From Botryllus schlosseri (lineage: Eukaryota), in NCBI GenBank assembly GCA_051294905.1, contig CM119371.1, forward strand, positions 15,564,001 to 15,624,000: a stretch of DNA of 60,000 nucleotides, given 5' to 3'. This document shows positions 34,621-48,990 of this stretch, piece after piece. The translations under genes were made by a program, and so were the position numbers. The notes beneath the pieces are model-generated. The model was not told the origin of the DNA, searched no databases, and saw only the letters and a program-made list of their open reading frames with translations. Each line of letters starts with the position of its first letter. The stretch's first letter is position 1.

Positions 34621-36929
34621 CTGGATAACTAGAGCCAATCAACAAATTCCGAGTTGATATTCATGAACAGCGACCCCAAATAATGAAGATTGCCCACAAC
34701 CGTCTCAGAAGCAATTAGAATGTTGACTAGTGTAATCTAATACTGACCTTAGCTTTCATATTCAAGTGGCGAGCTCTGAGATGTAGGACATTTGAGCGAA
34801 GGGTCGCTTGCCTCAGACGATGATGATGAGATGGGTCTTTTTATGCACCCCATAGTATCGTTAAATGACGGTGTAAATCACTGGCGTTGATAACAAACGG
34901 GGTGGTATAGGCTTATAATACAGCTGCTGTATGCTAAAGCAGCACAATATGCAGTAAAAAAATCTATTCACTTAGGCATTGGTTATTCAATCAACTGCAT
35001 ACCGGAAAAGTGCATTGTTACTTCACAAAATTGATCCTTTCTATCATCAGATAGAATCACCACAGAGTGTGGATTATTTTATGCAGTGAAAATAACGGAG
35101 TATTTGAATCCTAATTGGTGCACACCGAGGTTCGATGTCTGATTGAAGAAAACGGCTTTTCCCGAATTTGACTCTGTCTCGCTCACATATCTGATGTTGA
35201 CGTTGAAGCAGACAGCAACAACAGACTGGACAATAGTCGATCAATTCCATGGAATCCGTGAACATGGAATTATTGAGGACGAGGAACAATGTGGAACAAT
35301 TTTGATCGCAAACCAAAGCTCATTATCTCGTAGCATTCGTTCAAGATACAGAAACGAATCAAAGTGAAATATCCTCCGTCTGGAGTTTGATTGAATTGTC
35401 CTTCACTGCCTGAGTGGGGGACGCTGATACTTAATTTATTGTCCATGGATAACAAATACTTTTTAGCTTATTTTAATGTTCAACTCAACAAGGCCGGAAA
35501 AACGGCCTTACTTTTGTCTAATCTCCCGAGATTAACTTGATTCATTTTAACATCAGATGGTTGAAATCTTATCTGGATAAACTAGAAACCCTTCTTTCTG
35601 CCCTGAACACTGAACACTGAACAGTATATCCGCTTTAGTGGTAGCTCGGAAATGTATTTTTCAAATAAGCCCTCGATGAATGTAAAGTTGTTGGTGTAGC
35701 ATCCCTCCTGCGCCCCCTATTCGGGTCCGCTATTGGTCATACTCTGTCTATTCGGTGAAGAGCATGAGCTGGTTTTGCCTTTTGGGTTGTGTCGGCCGTG
35801 CGGTGCGGTTGACGGTATGACTGGTCAGTTAATTGGTTCTTGGATCTGTATCGTCTGTCGGGTTGTAGTATATTTTGTGAGCTGAATAAACCTCCATACC
35901 GGACAAAGGCCTCTACATTAGGCTATAACTTTGAAGATATCTATTCCCCCAATTTCTATGAGAGCATCAGTAAGAAATTTCCTACGAAAACTGTTCGGAA
36001 TACAACTGCAATATTGAACACTGCAAACAATTATCTGGGAATTCATCATCCAAGAGGCAGCATGTTTAAATTCAGGGGAGATATTAATGCGGGTCTTCTC
36101 AAGAAGGGATCAGATCCCCACTCCATTGCCATCAAGTCTGTCGGTATCACTGAGCTGACGAGAAACACAAGTGAGGCAAGAATTCATGTTTTGGTCACAT
36201 TGTTGTTATCACTGTTGATTGTTTTTGTATGTTGTTGCATTTGTTAATATATTATGTGTTGTAAATAAACACGTGTTGACAATTTGACGACGAAAATCTT
36301 TTGATACATATCAGAGCTACGATATTTTTGCAATTTCGAGAACAGGTTGCAGTGTGAAGATTGTTTGGACAAAGACTGTTGTCAAGCAACGATTGGAACA
36401 GCAGCGTGAAGAGTTGGAAGGCATGGATGTGTAAGACATCTTCCAACGTGGTCCACACTGCCCCGGTAACTGATCTAAGCCAATTGATTCATGAATGGAT
36501 GATGATAAAATAGCCCATATATTCCTGACAAATCAATGTAGGGTGGTCTACAAAATATTGCAGAATATATATGCAGATCAGGCCGATACGGAAAAGATGA
36601 ATATCATTTCCCTGGATGGAATTGACCTTTACATGACAGAGGACTATGATCCGAACCAATTTGTGATATGAATCTGGAACCAAGAGCAGCCATACCTGAA
36701 TTAGATGCTTGTATCAGGCAAGACGTGATCAGCTGTGATTTTCGCCAATCAAAAATCTGTTGGATGAACCAATGTATATTTATGTGTTATTTTCGAAATG
36801 GAACTGTTCTGAAAGGAGTATATATACTGAAAAGCAAAAGAAACACCCGTTTCAAACTAACATAGTCAAGTCTTCTTATACTAAGAAACGCAAACAAGCT
36901 GTCCAGACTTTCGATGGTCAAGTTTTTAG

Positions 36930-37462
36930 ATATGAATTAGATATGAAGCGTCAAATTTATGTATCAATTCCACTGCGGTCATTGCCCCGAACATTTCAAT
37001 GACTTATTTACCCCGGAATGAAAAGCTCACAAGTACAACACACGCTCGTCCACATCGTCCAAATATCATATGATCGACCGGAAAGATCATCGCTCTATCA
37101 AATATGCCGGACCTGGCCCGGCCATCTGACAGTCGACGAGCATGTCCACATTCAAGTCGAAATACAAGCGATTTCTACTAAATGAATACGAGTCCGCACT
37201 CAAGATTACCGGACCGCGACCTGACCTATCGATTTTCCGTAACAAGCCACCCTATTTTTATTGCATTCTTTTCTATATTGTCTTCTTTTACTCTTCATTC
37301 AGTGTGTTTGTCTCCTCTTTACATCGCCTCGCTAGGCCAAGGTGAGTGTCTGATTCCAAAGACTACACCAAGTCGTTTCGACACGTTTCCTCTCTTTTCA
37401 TTGTATCGCAATACAAGGGGTGTATTGAACTGATAAAGTATTCTAATAAACCGAACCGAACA
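36930..37462 (+). mobile_element. 3' end of a CR1/L2-group LINE
   Basis: HKYNTRSS, SIKYAGP and FKSKYKRFLLNEY peptides, then a 3' UTR with aataaa and a short ccgaa repeat tail. Confidence 0.7.
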
Positions 37463-38479
37463 AAGAAAGCATCGTGATAAGTGTTGACACTTACCTCATG
37501 GATGCTAATATATAGCGACGTGATGCCATTACTGCATACCGGAATTAGCTGCTCCTATCAGGCAAGATGTGCTCACCTGTGATTTTCGCCAATCAAAATT
37601 CTGTTTGATGAACCGATTTATATTTATGTGTTATTTTGGAAATCAAGCTTTCTGAACGGAGTGTGCATACTGAAAAGCAAAAGAAACACCCGTTTCAAAC
37701 TAACATAGTCAAGTCTTCTTGTACGAAGAAACGTGGACTTTCAGGAGTTTTTGGATATGAAGTGGAACAAAAAAAGCTTCTTGATAAGTGCTGACGCTCA
37801 CCTCATGGATGCAAATATATATGGGCTCTATGCCATTACTACAATAGTAGGGGTGATAGTCAACCACCATATCAAAAAAAGTATATGTTCACAGGAAAGT
37901 TTTTGGAAGGAGTGGTTGTATTGAAGGTGTAAAGCATACTCAAGCGTATCCAACATCAAAGTAATTGTGCAGTGAATGAATACTGGATACTGGCACATGT
38001 CTGAATACCTGCTGAGCTTGAATTTACATCATTGCATAAACTGAACACTTGAGGTGTATTCACACCTTTGGAATATTTTACTACCAGATGACTATAATCC
38101 ATCTGAAATATCCAATTTTCAATTTATTCTTACTGATATACTCATTAAAATTTATAGGCCCTAGTGGAATATGGATACTGAATATTGTAATTGATACCCT
38201 CTACGGTAGCAGAGTTGTAAACTCACTTTCCAGTTTTCATTTTTCCGAATCGACCAACCGCTGTGAGGATTTCACCAGTACATTTTCGGTTTGGTTGTTT
38301 GAAGGATTGTCTGTGATTATTCTTCAGTACCGTTTGCTATCTGCAATAAGTTATCGCAAGATTATGACTTGGTAATTGGATGTGTGGCAACTGATCAATT
38401 TCAATGACTATGTTTCCTAATTCGTAAACAAGTGTTTCCTGGTAATAAATCGGGAAAGATTTCTGTAAGCAGCGAATAT

Positions 38480-40520
38480 TCTGTTGCGATGAATTCACTG
38501 TATGAAATGCATCGACACTCGACAGCCAATTCAAAGGGACGGTTGATATCGCTTTTCAAAGATTGATTAGTCTGCTGCATAAAACCTAGTTCAATTGACC
38601 GAAGAAGTCTAAAAAAAGTCTTGCTGCAAATAAAGATCCTGTTTGGAATCTCTTCAGCACCAGGTTATTTCACGAAACTCATGAATCAGCTGAGTGATGA
38701 TTCAAGAGGCGTTGCAGTTTTCCCGGATGAGATTTTGGTCAGCGGATTCAATCCGATGGTCTCAATGCATTGTTGAAGACACATCATGGGAAAGGTCTCT
38801 AATGCCGAAAACCAAAGCTCATATTTTCACAACTGTCAGTTGAAACATAGGTCTAAAATAACGATTATAAAGTGCCGGTAGTTCCAGGGGTTCAAAATGG
38901 AGGCGGCGTTGAAACTAATTTTTATTCTAGACCTAAGAATTTGACTGACGGTTGTGCGAATATGTACTTTTTTATCTTGAACATCAGAGACTGTCCACTT
39001 GAAGCTAGTAATTCCAGAGGTTTCAAAATGGAGGCGATGTTGAAAATGCTGGCTCTTGCTTATGTTTCCAAATCATACGTGACCCGGTACAATTCTACAG
39101 TCAATTTCTACCCAATGTGTCAGCCTTTACTTCTTACAAGAAAAGGAATCCTGTGATTTTGGTGTTGAATATAGACAAGATTCATAGGCAGAATTGAAGA
39201 AAGTTTGACGAGGAGAATTACTCTAGGTTCATTTTGATCTGATAAAGAAGTTTGGATCATCATGTGACTCGTCTGACGTAGGAATTGTTTGCCTGTTTTT
39301 CACTGTTCTAATGATGATTGTAAGAAGCCAACTCGCGATATATTCAAAAGACACTTCATGAAAGTATGACCAGATTAACAAATACGTTTCGGTTATCAAT
39401 GTTGCTCTTTAGAACCTCCATCAATATTGTATCAAGTACAGTTTTTATTGACGGTACTATATTTTTTGGACCACACAAATCATGCCTCGCTGGAAACCAC
39501 CCAACCAGATGAGACTAGCAATCAATAAAAGACTTGCAATCAATAAAATTATGATATTGAATGTCGTAACACAAAGTAGCATGGTAGCGCCGATGAATTG
39601 AGCCGCCTATGGTTCCTGGTACATTGTCATAAGATTCCATTGGCGATCCTGTAATTCCTGCTGTGATTACATGCACCAGAATTGGCTTACCAGCGCCAGA
39701 AAAAGACCTGATGAAGGACGTGCACAAAGAATCAAAGGAAAAGAACAAGGAAGAGAGATTAAAGAAAATGTGGCCGGATAAAGATTGAGAACGAACATTG
39801 TTACACTGAGCGCTAACCCACGATAAAAATTGGATTAAGAGACCGTAGCTAGCCATGTCTTCATCCTTTCAACCGTTTATGACATCGCATTGCACATTGC
39901 GTGTCATGAGCAGTTGGAAATATATAATTATACGATTAAAGCAATGAGAGAAGTTGAAAGGCAAATTTACTGAAGTCAATCACTTCAAGGTTGGAACGCC
40001 CTGCTATGCTCTGTATTATGGATGGACAGACGAAAAATTCTAAGAGGGCACCAGCGACAGTTAACAAGGTGATTGATTCTTGTACTGTCAAGGTGGAAGT
40101 TCATCAATTTGGCATGGACTGGAATTAAAGAAAACAGTGGAACTGGCATCACACCTGATGTATGTGAAATCTCTGTGCCATGCCTCTTCAGATGTCCATG
40201 CACTATCGGAAGATGAACCTAATAATATGAGACACTCACTCATAAAAAGACAGTTATACATGAATTAATGGAATACTTTGCATTTGATTCATTTGCTACT
40301 AATTACATGTGACAATTCATCGTTTTTGTATATTCTTGTCTTTGGTAATCTATTATGTGTCGTTTTGAATAAACGTGATCGCAATTTGTACTGCATTGAT
40401 CGGTTTGTTGACCATCAAATCGATGCTGTGACACATCGAGATCGCAAGTGGAACCGATTCTTGTGGATGACTCAACGGCTATTGCATTATATCGAAACAA
40501 CAAAATTCATGGCATAAAAG
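38480..40520 (+). mobile_element. decayed Gypsy (Mag-like) LTR retrotransposon pol
   Basis: FSKID (~38555), FGISSAPGYF..LMNQL...GVAVFPDEILVSG (38642-38747; degenerate YxDD), RNase H CDSSDVGI (~39263); many stops and frameshifts. Confidence 0.75.
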
Positions 40521-42479
40521 ACTGAATACCGGGAACTTCCCACAGGATGGACGAGAAAGACTTTGACAATTCAGGAATCACATCACTCATCATATTTTCA
40601 AGGCTTAGAGGCAAAGATATATGAAGATTCTTCCTCAAAAATATAGAGGACACTCCAAAGACCTTGTCGAGATTGACTCTCTCTGGCACCAGTCAAAACG
40701 TACCAGTCCTTTTTTTGGAAATCGTGAACTTGAATACCGGTGAAAAACTGTCCCTCTCAAAACCAGGCTAGATGCTAGAACGATATTTCAGTCTAAAATG
40801 TTTTACCTTATAAATCACTCTGAAGTCAAAGTAGCGATCGATTATCTAAAAAGAGGCCATCGGTGAAGATCTAATTTCAGCCTGGTGTCAGAAAATTATC
40901 AGCTTGCATGTTGATCATTTTATTTCCCTTTCTCCAACATCATAATAGAAAATGGTGTTTCCCCAGTTTATCTGAAAACAGTCAGAGTGGTATCAGTATT
41001 CAGAGCTGGGCAATAGTGCATTCCTTACTGGGGTTCTGCCAGTGAGAATACAATTTATCACTGCAAAGACTTCATCATCAGCCCTCTGCATCATTTACAG
41101 AACCCAAAGCAGGACTTGGGCCCGTATTCACGAAACCCTACTCAGTGCTCAAACTCGTTTTGCGTCAACATTGCGTAAAATCGGTATTCAGAAAGCAAAG
41201 CAAGAGAACGAGTTTAAGTTCGACTGAAGTCGAACTCAGCGCTCTTTGGAGTTGTACTTTTGTGGTTATGGTATTCAATGACGATCTGAGGTCAGAGTCG
41301 ATCTCAAAATGTATCGTTTGAGCAAGCGTTTACCGAGTCAAGCCGTCGGCAGACTCAACGCCATACTCATTCACTTTTTAACGTCTGGCCTTGAATGTGG
41401 AAATAGCGCTGTGAGCATGTTTGGCGCCTGAATTCACAATTTCAACTGTAATATATAGCATTGCTATAAGAAGGAAATCATGTTCTAGCGCTGTATGGCT
41501 TCATCGTTGGCTGGGTAGGCTATTCCCAAATTGGCGGACATTTTTTATCAGAAAGACTTCCAATAGATTCGCGAAAGCGGCTAATTCCTCACAACGCCCT
41601 GTTTTATCATTTAAATATAAAACGTAGCATCAGGATATGTAGAAACGAATGGGGGATGAGTATTACTGAAAAACCAAACAGAAGCTGTTGTCTACTCTAG
41701 GGATCTACCAATCCTAACAAGACCCGAATCCGTGGCGATGCGGGCGGACAATACGGCGCCTCAGCAGGCAAATACAATGGTAGATGGTACCACTACCCAT
41801 CATCAGTAATCCAATAAATAACTTGTGCTTATGCCTGAAGACTTCGAGATTGAAGGCAATGCTAGGCAACTAACATGATATCTAAACCTGCGGATTCCCA
41901 GATCACGAACAATTAACAAAACCGCAGACGTCTGCAAGCAGTCATCAGCTGTCAAAGACTCAAAACTGAGCAACGCTTGAAATCCTAACCGAATACCAAA
42001 CGTTCTCTCTAATTAAGTTGGACTCATCCTGTGCTCCGTTGAGCACGACTTGAGTTTGAGATAGAGACGTGTCTCCGAATACGGCCCTTGGTGTACGACC
42101 AGCAAATTGTTGCATAACTTTGCCTTTAGGCATGACAGGAACACATTGTTTGGTCATGGTGGAGTGACGATATTTCCACTGCGAATAATTTTCTTCTTCT
42201 AAATTATTGAAATTTCAAATTGGTATCACCATAAGTCTTCTGGTTGGAAATGAGCCAAACGTGATGTTAACCGTTTTTCCATGTAACTTGACAATTTCTT
42301 CATCATTCGATGAAGCCATTTGATCCGCTGCGTCGAGGTGATCTGGTGGTGTGTGCGATCTTCCATTCATCGCAGAACATGTCGTATTGGCTGAGGAAAC
42401 AAGGTCCACCGTCATTGACTATTTCTTAAACGCTTCCAAATAAGCTCAGGATCTGTTTCAATTTTTAAATGACGGATTT

Positions 42480-42860
42480 CGATGTGATCAATCTTAGTTC
42501 TTGCACGATGGGGTACATGGAAAAGTAGTATGAAATGATCAGAAACTTCCTACCTTTGATCTTGAAAATGTCAGCTCCCAGTTTTACCCAAGGTTTTGGT
42601 GAGCATTCCTACATCTTCATTGTTCGTTTTGTTTGTTCCGGTAGGAGTTCCTGGCGTGATTCGCACGACTAGCAGAGTGTTGCAATGTTATTCTTTAGTT
42701 CAGGCCAATATACGTATTCCCTGTCAAGTTTTATTGTCTTCTCAATGCCCAGTGACTCTCATGCAGTTTTTGTAGTATGTCTGGTTGCAGACATGTTAAA
42801 ACAACTGCCTGATTTCCTTTGAACATTATGCCGTTTTCGCGGGCTACCTTACCGTCAGTC
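42480..42860 (-). mobile_element. Gypsy integrase remnant
   Basis: ENGIMFKG..ILQKLHESH.GIEKT..REYVYWPEL..SCESRQ..PWVKLGADIF..FLIISYYFSMYP (HHCC zinc finger and start of core). Confidence 0.85.
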
Positions 42861-43394
42861 ATGGTAAAGTAAACTTACACCCATTCGGTAATCTCGCGCT
42901 ACGCGCAAGACTTTAATTTTACAGGTACAACCGGTAGATCCAACTTACATGTTCTAGTTCTAGTTTCACCTGGCGTTGCACGCATATTATATATCATTTC
43001 AAATGCAGCCATAGCTCGGAATCGCGATAATGCGTGTTATAATTGTAGTTCATTTGCTTTAGCACGTTTCTCATATATTAGCCTATCGCGTGTTGCTTCG
43101 TAGTTTTCGCGCTCGTTCTGTTATATTCTCTAAGATTTCTTCCGTTTCTTCATCGTCCTCATTTCGGTTTCTTCTTTCGAGTCTTCTTCTTACGGAGTCA
43201 GATGTTTTCCAGATTTTCTTATTTCTTGCCGTCGTCACGGCTTTTTTAAACATAGATACTAGCTTTATCAGCGACTGGTTTAGCAGAGATTCATTACTGA
43301 CTGTATCTAATGTATTGAAGCAAAAAGTTCCTCATTTGAGGGCATTGGCCCCAAACATATCTATGTAGCAGTGAATTAAATATATCTAAGCTAT

Positions 43395-44667
43395 GGGGCG
43401 GCATTACAAATCGACTACCGCGCTGCGGCATCATCATTTACCGTCACAATTCGAGGGAAGCGGACAATCGCGATTACAAAACCCTCAATAACGATGTCTT
43501 CGTGAGCATTTTTACCGCTGACATTGACTTACCGCAAAACCTAGTAATCGAGAGAAAACGTGAACGATTTGCGTCACGAACGTCACTATCCGCAAAGTTC
43601 GGTATTACAAAACTGAAATTAGCGCAGATTTCTCGCGGTAACTTACCGCTTAGCTTTTAGCTGGCGGAGTTGAATCCGCGCTGGAAATAGTAGCTTTTTG
43701 CTGCAAAATCTTAATATTCTACTTCAATAAAGTAAAGAAGTGAGGCAGTAATCGATCTAAAAGGGCATTACCTGTAAGTTACCCAGTAGGGTTATATTTC
43801 GTAGGCCTAACTGTTGCCTGTTGGTAAAATCAAGCAAAATAAGGCAGTGGCGATGTATAACGCTTATGAATTGAATTCTCATATACGTACCAGTAAGTGC
43901 GGGGACTGAGTAGGCTACCTCGCCGTTTAAAGCCTGTATGAATATAACGGGGACTTGAGTTCTATGTCAGAAGCATGCTATTATAATCTTAAGTTATAGA
44001 TTACTAACCTCGGTAGGTTAGTAATCTATTGCCAAATAGATTTATTTAATATCCACTTTTCAACTTTGGCTAGCATATCGTGTGGTCGCCTTGTCAATAA
44101 GTAACTCGATGCCGAACGGTAAAATTCAGTCCGATTCGGTAGGCCTATAAAGTGGTTGTGAATTACGATCAGCGCCATTTTCCAGAATGTCATACATGTA
44201 TTGCTTCAACTGTATTATCCTCAAACGAAGATAAAATTCAATGCACGCTTGATACTTGACGCAGCGGCCTAAAGCAGACAAACTCTAATGTAGCGCACGC
44301 CTGCAATTTTGCTCTCTTCAGAGCAAATGCCACAAGCAATTAGGGTATTTCCATTTCCCTGTATGTGAAAGATTATCGCAGCTAAATTACAAATCGTTGC
44401 TGACCACGAGGCATTATAAACCCTCATTTGATGTCATCATTTACTGAGATTATCGACTTGGCGAAATCACAAATTAGCGCGTTGATTGCGAAACGTTGTG
44501 TTGCGTCTGGAATTACGAGAGTTTACATGAGTTCAAAGCGCTCTTGCGTGAGCTGGCCGCAAAATGTTTTGAAATACCAATTTTTACATTATGCGGTAAT
44601 CGCATTCGAGAGAGATTGTTACCGCTGGCGGAGATTCTGATTTACCGCATTGTTTGTAATGCCCCCC
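43395..44667. mobile_element. non-autonomous DNA transposon, possibly PIF/Harbinger-like
   Basis: TIRs ggggcggcattacaaa / tttgtaatgcccccc; no clean TSD; lies between the Gypsy gag-protease and integrase remnants. Confidence 0.6.
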
Positions 44668-45069
44668 AAGGTCTGACAAATGACAGTTTTAACATCTCCG
44701 AGGAGTATGTGGTGTCACAGGTGACTTTATAAGTCTACTTATATCCCAGAATTAAACAGAAAATGCGGCGAAATATTTCAATCGTGAAAGCTGAGTTATC
44801 CGGGTGCTTTGCACAGTCGTGGATATTCACTGTAGCTAATGCTATGTAGTACTGTACCTTTTACGATGCGTATCTCATTCGAAAGACCAAATAGAATTAT
44901 AAAAATACAAAATAATGGTGAAATACCAGTAGGAAATTATGTCCAGCTGTACAGAGAAATTGGCGTACACTCGGTGTGACAAGAAAACATATCACTTCAA
45001 CAGGCCTAATGTAAGCGGAGATGACTTTTCGTTGCATCCACTGCAGCTGCTGTTTTCAAAGCTCTTCTG

Positions 45070-46150
45070 TTTCTGCGTTCTTTAGTATGTGCAGGGATTC
45101 TTCACCCTTGAAGTTGCTAATGACGTCGAAGCAGTATGAAAATGATTCTTTTTAGGTCCTCAATGGTATCCACCCTAGGCAGTGTCTGCTCTGTATGAGG
45201 AGCCTTGTCCATGATACTGCATGCGTGCAGGTTTAGTGTTACAAGATTGAGTGCCTCGCAGGTGGTCGGGCCCAGGATGCCAGGACTGTCAGTGTCAACC
45301 ACATAGAATTCGTTCTAACGATACTTCAAGCCATGTGGTTATTGAGTGCAGAGAGTTATTGATTCAAAGCACTCAAGTAGTTCTTAAGTAAAACATTGGG
45401 TTCTGGATGTAAGGGTGTCGATTTGAATTTCCCGAATAATTCCTTATTCTTCCAGCAACCCGTAAGCTTCGGATTTATATGCCTAAAATTAATCGTATGC
45501 TTACTTTCCGGAGCTCTTGCGCTTGTTGACAGCTCCAATGGTGATCGATGAAATTGTGTTCGTTGAGCCATCATCACCATCAGGGATTTGACCATCGGTA
45601 CTGCTGCTGTCTGTGTCATACACTTTTACTTCTGCTTGTCGAATCTTTTGATGTTTCTTCGACTTTCTCGGTGCTTTACGTTGGTGGCTATCTTGTTGCT
45701 TGCTTCTCGAATTGCCGTCACTATCACGCTTCTTTGTTGCGCAGAAATCCTCCCAGTGGCCATAGTTCTCGCAATAGTCACAGGGAGATCTAAATGCTGG
45801 GCATTTCCAACCGTGTGACAAGCCCGCTTTTGATACAGGTCTTGTGTCCATATTTCCTTTGCGATTATATCAATACTTGAAGTTCATCCTTAGGAAGCAT
45901 CATGGGTATACTGTTGTATGTGTGTAGTGCTTCCAAATCTAACAGTGGGCTTCCTTAGTCGTGAATTTTTGTTTCAAAATCTTTGCTCTTCGTTACTCGA
46001 TTTGGGTGGATGCCACGATTCTTTCCACTAATCTCTCTTCTACATCATCGTCTTCAAAGTCACATTTCTTAGCTTTTCGTGATTCTGTGGAGAAGGTCTG
46101 TCAGTGACTCATCCTTCAACGAACATGGCTTCGCAAATTATAATCTGTGA
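45070..46150 (-). mobile_element. Gypsy (Mag-like) gag-protease remnant
   Basis: RKAKKCDFEDDDVEERLVERIVAST; zinc knuckle KCPAFRSPCDYCENYGHWEDFC; protease tail PGILGPTTCEALNLV. Confidence 0.85.
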
Positions 46151-47149
46151 ACCCTTTAGCTCACTTCGTCACTCGTATCGATCTCCAAGACATAACCATT
46201 TCAGATTTCAACAATATAATAACACATGCTTACGATAGCACGGCTACAGAGATGAAAATAAGCAAGGGGAATTCCCTATTACAAGCCGACCAACGCTGTC
46301 GCATTTAAATAGACATGTCGCACATTCAGCAACCTACACGAATTCAGAAAATATATAGCATTTTGCGATGGTCTATGCTACTGCAAAAATGAATGTATAA
46401 AAAGTGTCTAATAGATTGCGTTACTCCATGTGAATTAACTTACATTCGACCCGTAATTTTAGCAAAAGCTAAATCGCTTTCGGCAAATTTCAAACCTAAA
46501 TTACGTCAATCTAAAAAGCGAACCCGGACCCGTGATATTCAAACGATCATTTCACAGTCAGTATAAAGTCGTTAACAACTTTTGCCGTCGCAGCCTCATT
46601 CGGCTTCGCAAGAACTAAAACTTCGGTATGACGTACTCCTTGGGTAATTTCGAACTTGGTTTTGTTGGTTCCATGTAGAGTGCGTAGTTGCTTCTCACTT
46701 CTGAACGAAAATTTATATATGCATTATGAAATAGTCATTTCTGTTGCAATTAACAGTACTTGTACTATTACAGCATGAAATTTTACATATTTCAGCAAAC
46801 TGATTTGACATTCTATTAAGAAATACGATAGCAGTCAGTTCATTCATATATCAATTAGATAGCACTGCCCCATCCCAGTATCAGTGAGAAATATTTAGAA
46901 TCCCAGATTTTGGCGGACAGTCGCGATAGTTGTACTATTCTGGTGAATTCCTCGCCAATCTGGAGAGGTGGTCATGGAAGAGGTGGTCAATGGAAGGCTA
47001 ATGTAGGTGGCTAATACGCTCTAGCTTAATGCATGATCTTGCGAAAGCCTAATATTCTAAATTTCAAAAAAGGTTTTCGTCATTGCTTTCATCATCTCAG
47101 TTTTATCTGGTGCAGGTGCTCATCTGAGTCTTGTTCATCCGGAGTGCTT

Positions 47150-48990
47150 TTCCTGTTGGACAATCTGCGTATGATCGAATTCGCGACTCATTATGCGCCT
47201 AAGTTGTGGTTGTTCTGTTTTTTTTTCGCATTTGGCTGCCCATGTTGCCTGTTTAAAGATGAATATTAAAAAGATCAACGCAATGAGATTGCTGTCCGAC
47301 AGGGTTCCTCTTCTCTATGTTGATTGCCGTCTGCAAGTCGGGATATAGCTTCACTTGTCTGGTAGATTTACACCAGGTTTATAGATTTATCGATAATACC
47401 AGTTTTGATACCTTACATTTCAGGAGTAAGTGCTCGTGCGTTTCGATATGCTCGTCACATAGAGTACAATTGCTGTTTTGGCCCGCCAGTCTGGTGTGGA
47501 GCCGGTGGTTAGTTGGGAATATCCGATGTGCGATATTCCAATTCGTTCCTTTTGGTGTTGTGCTAGTGATGCATGGTTGATGTTGTGCCAGCATAAACCG
47601 CACCTTTTGGTGATATCTCTTCTGTGTTGTTTTTCTGTCGTTAAGTTGTATAGTCATTTCCTTGCTCTCTGTTTGATGTCATGTGCTCCGATCTCCATGG
47701 TTGTCATTTTCTGGTTTATTTCTTGGCGGTGCTTCAAGGGCTGTAAAGTATAAGGCATGTTATTTTTATTACGTGCTTCACATACATCCTCAAAGCGAGG
47801 GTCAATTTTTGTTCAAGCCTTCTGTCCCATTCGCTCTCCTGTTCTCTTCCTTTCGCAGGAATTGGATCACAGTTTTAATTCATAATGGATCCATCACACC
47901 TATTCCTCCGAGCTATTCTGATTTTATTATCTTAGCGTAGTCTATACCTTTCTCTGGTCCGAATAGGAAGGCGGTGATGTCGTTTCTCAGTCGGGATCTG
48001 ATGATGCTCGGCATTTTGGACGTCGTCACACTGTATCTAAATAGAAGAAGTACATTGCACTAAACTATTTTTTCCTTGTGTCTTTTGAGGTACATGTGTT
48101 TGAGGTCTCTTGAGAGTGTTATTAGTATGTGCGTAGCTGCTTATTATGGGTACTGGCTTTCTTTCTCTTCATTATGGTGTTTTCAAGGATGACGATCTCG
48201 TCGACCCACGTGATCGTCCTCGTTCCTTTTTTTTTGTGTATGTGTGGAGTACCCATAGCTCATCGCATTTGTCTTGTTGATTGTCAACAAGCTTGCTACC
48301 CCAAAGCCTGCAATGACTCGGATCCCTTCTTCACACTCCTCTTCTTTGTCCAAGGTTATTGTGATGTGGTCTGCGTAGCTTAGTTAGTTTTACTCTCTTC
48401 AAGTCCCCTCCTCTTCTGTACTTTCATAGATCGATTCAGTTTCTATAATAAGGATACGGTGGTGATTGTAAATAAAAACATGGAGATTTGATATCCTTGT
48501 TCGATCCCAGCGTTGATTAGAATTGATTTCCCGACTCTACCCGCAATGGAGATCTTTGCTTCGTTTCTGTCGTATGAAGCGCTAGAAATTTCAAAAGGCG
48601 TTACAGAAACCTGTTACATCCAGTGCCTTTTAGCGAATCTCATGATCTATGGAGTCGTACGCATTTTTGATATTCACTAAGAATATTGCTCCTATTTTCC
48701 TGGTCTTCATTTCCGTTGTTATTTCTCTCAGTATGAGGGTGAGTTGTCCGATCGACTTCTGCTGGTTCACATATTGGTGTCCGTGCGTGATGCTTCGAAG
48801 CATTGTCTTTAACCTGGTTGATAGAATTATGCTGAAGATTTTGTAATCTGCGTTAAACGTTATTGCGTCCTCTCCAGGGGTCTTGTTGTCTTTTTGTTGT
48901 GCAAATGCCATTCGGAGCTTTTCCTCCTGGATTGATTTTTCCATTTTGTCCTTTTGATGCTCTGTGAGAGTATTATTTTATAGCGAGTAG
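47150..48990 (-). mobile_element. L1/Tx1-clade LINE ORF2 remnant (RT + zf-RVT)
   Basis: KTPGED..NADYKIFSIILSTRLK..NAYDSIDH (RT) and HRIFPTN..CTLCDEHIETHEHLLLKC (CCHC finger). Confidence 0.88.

Noticed and set aside
40540..41010. Possible CR1-type RT N-terminal fragment (also ~35300-35700 and ~38000-38340)
   Set aside because: Only faint motif resemblance (GVFP); too decayed to call without a database search.
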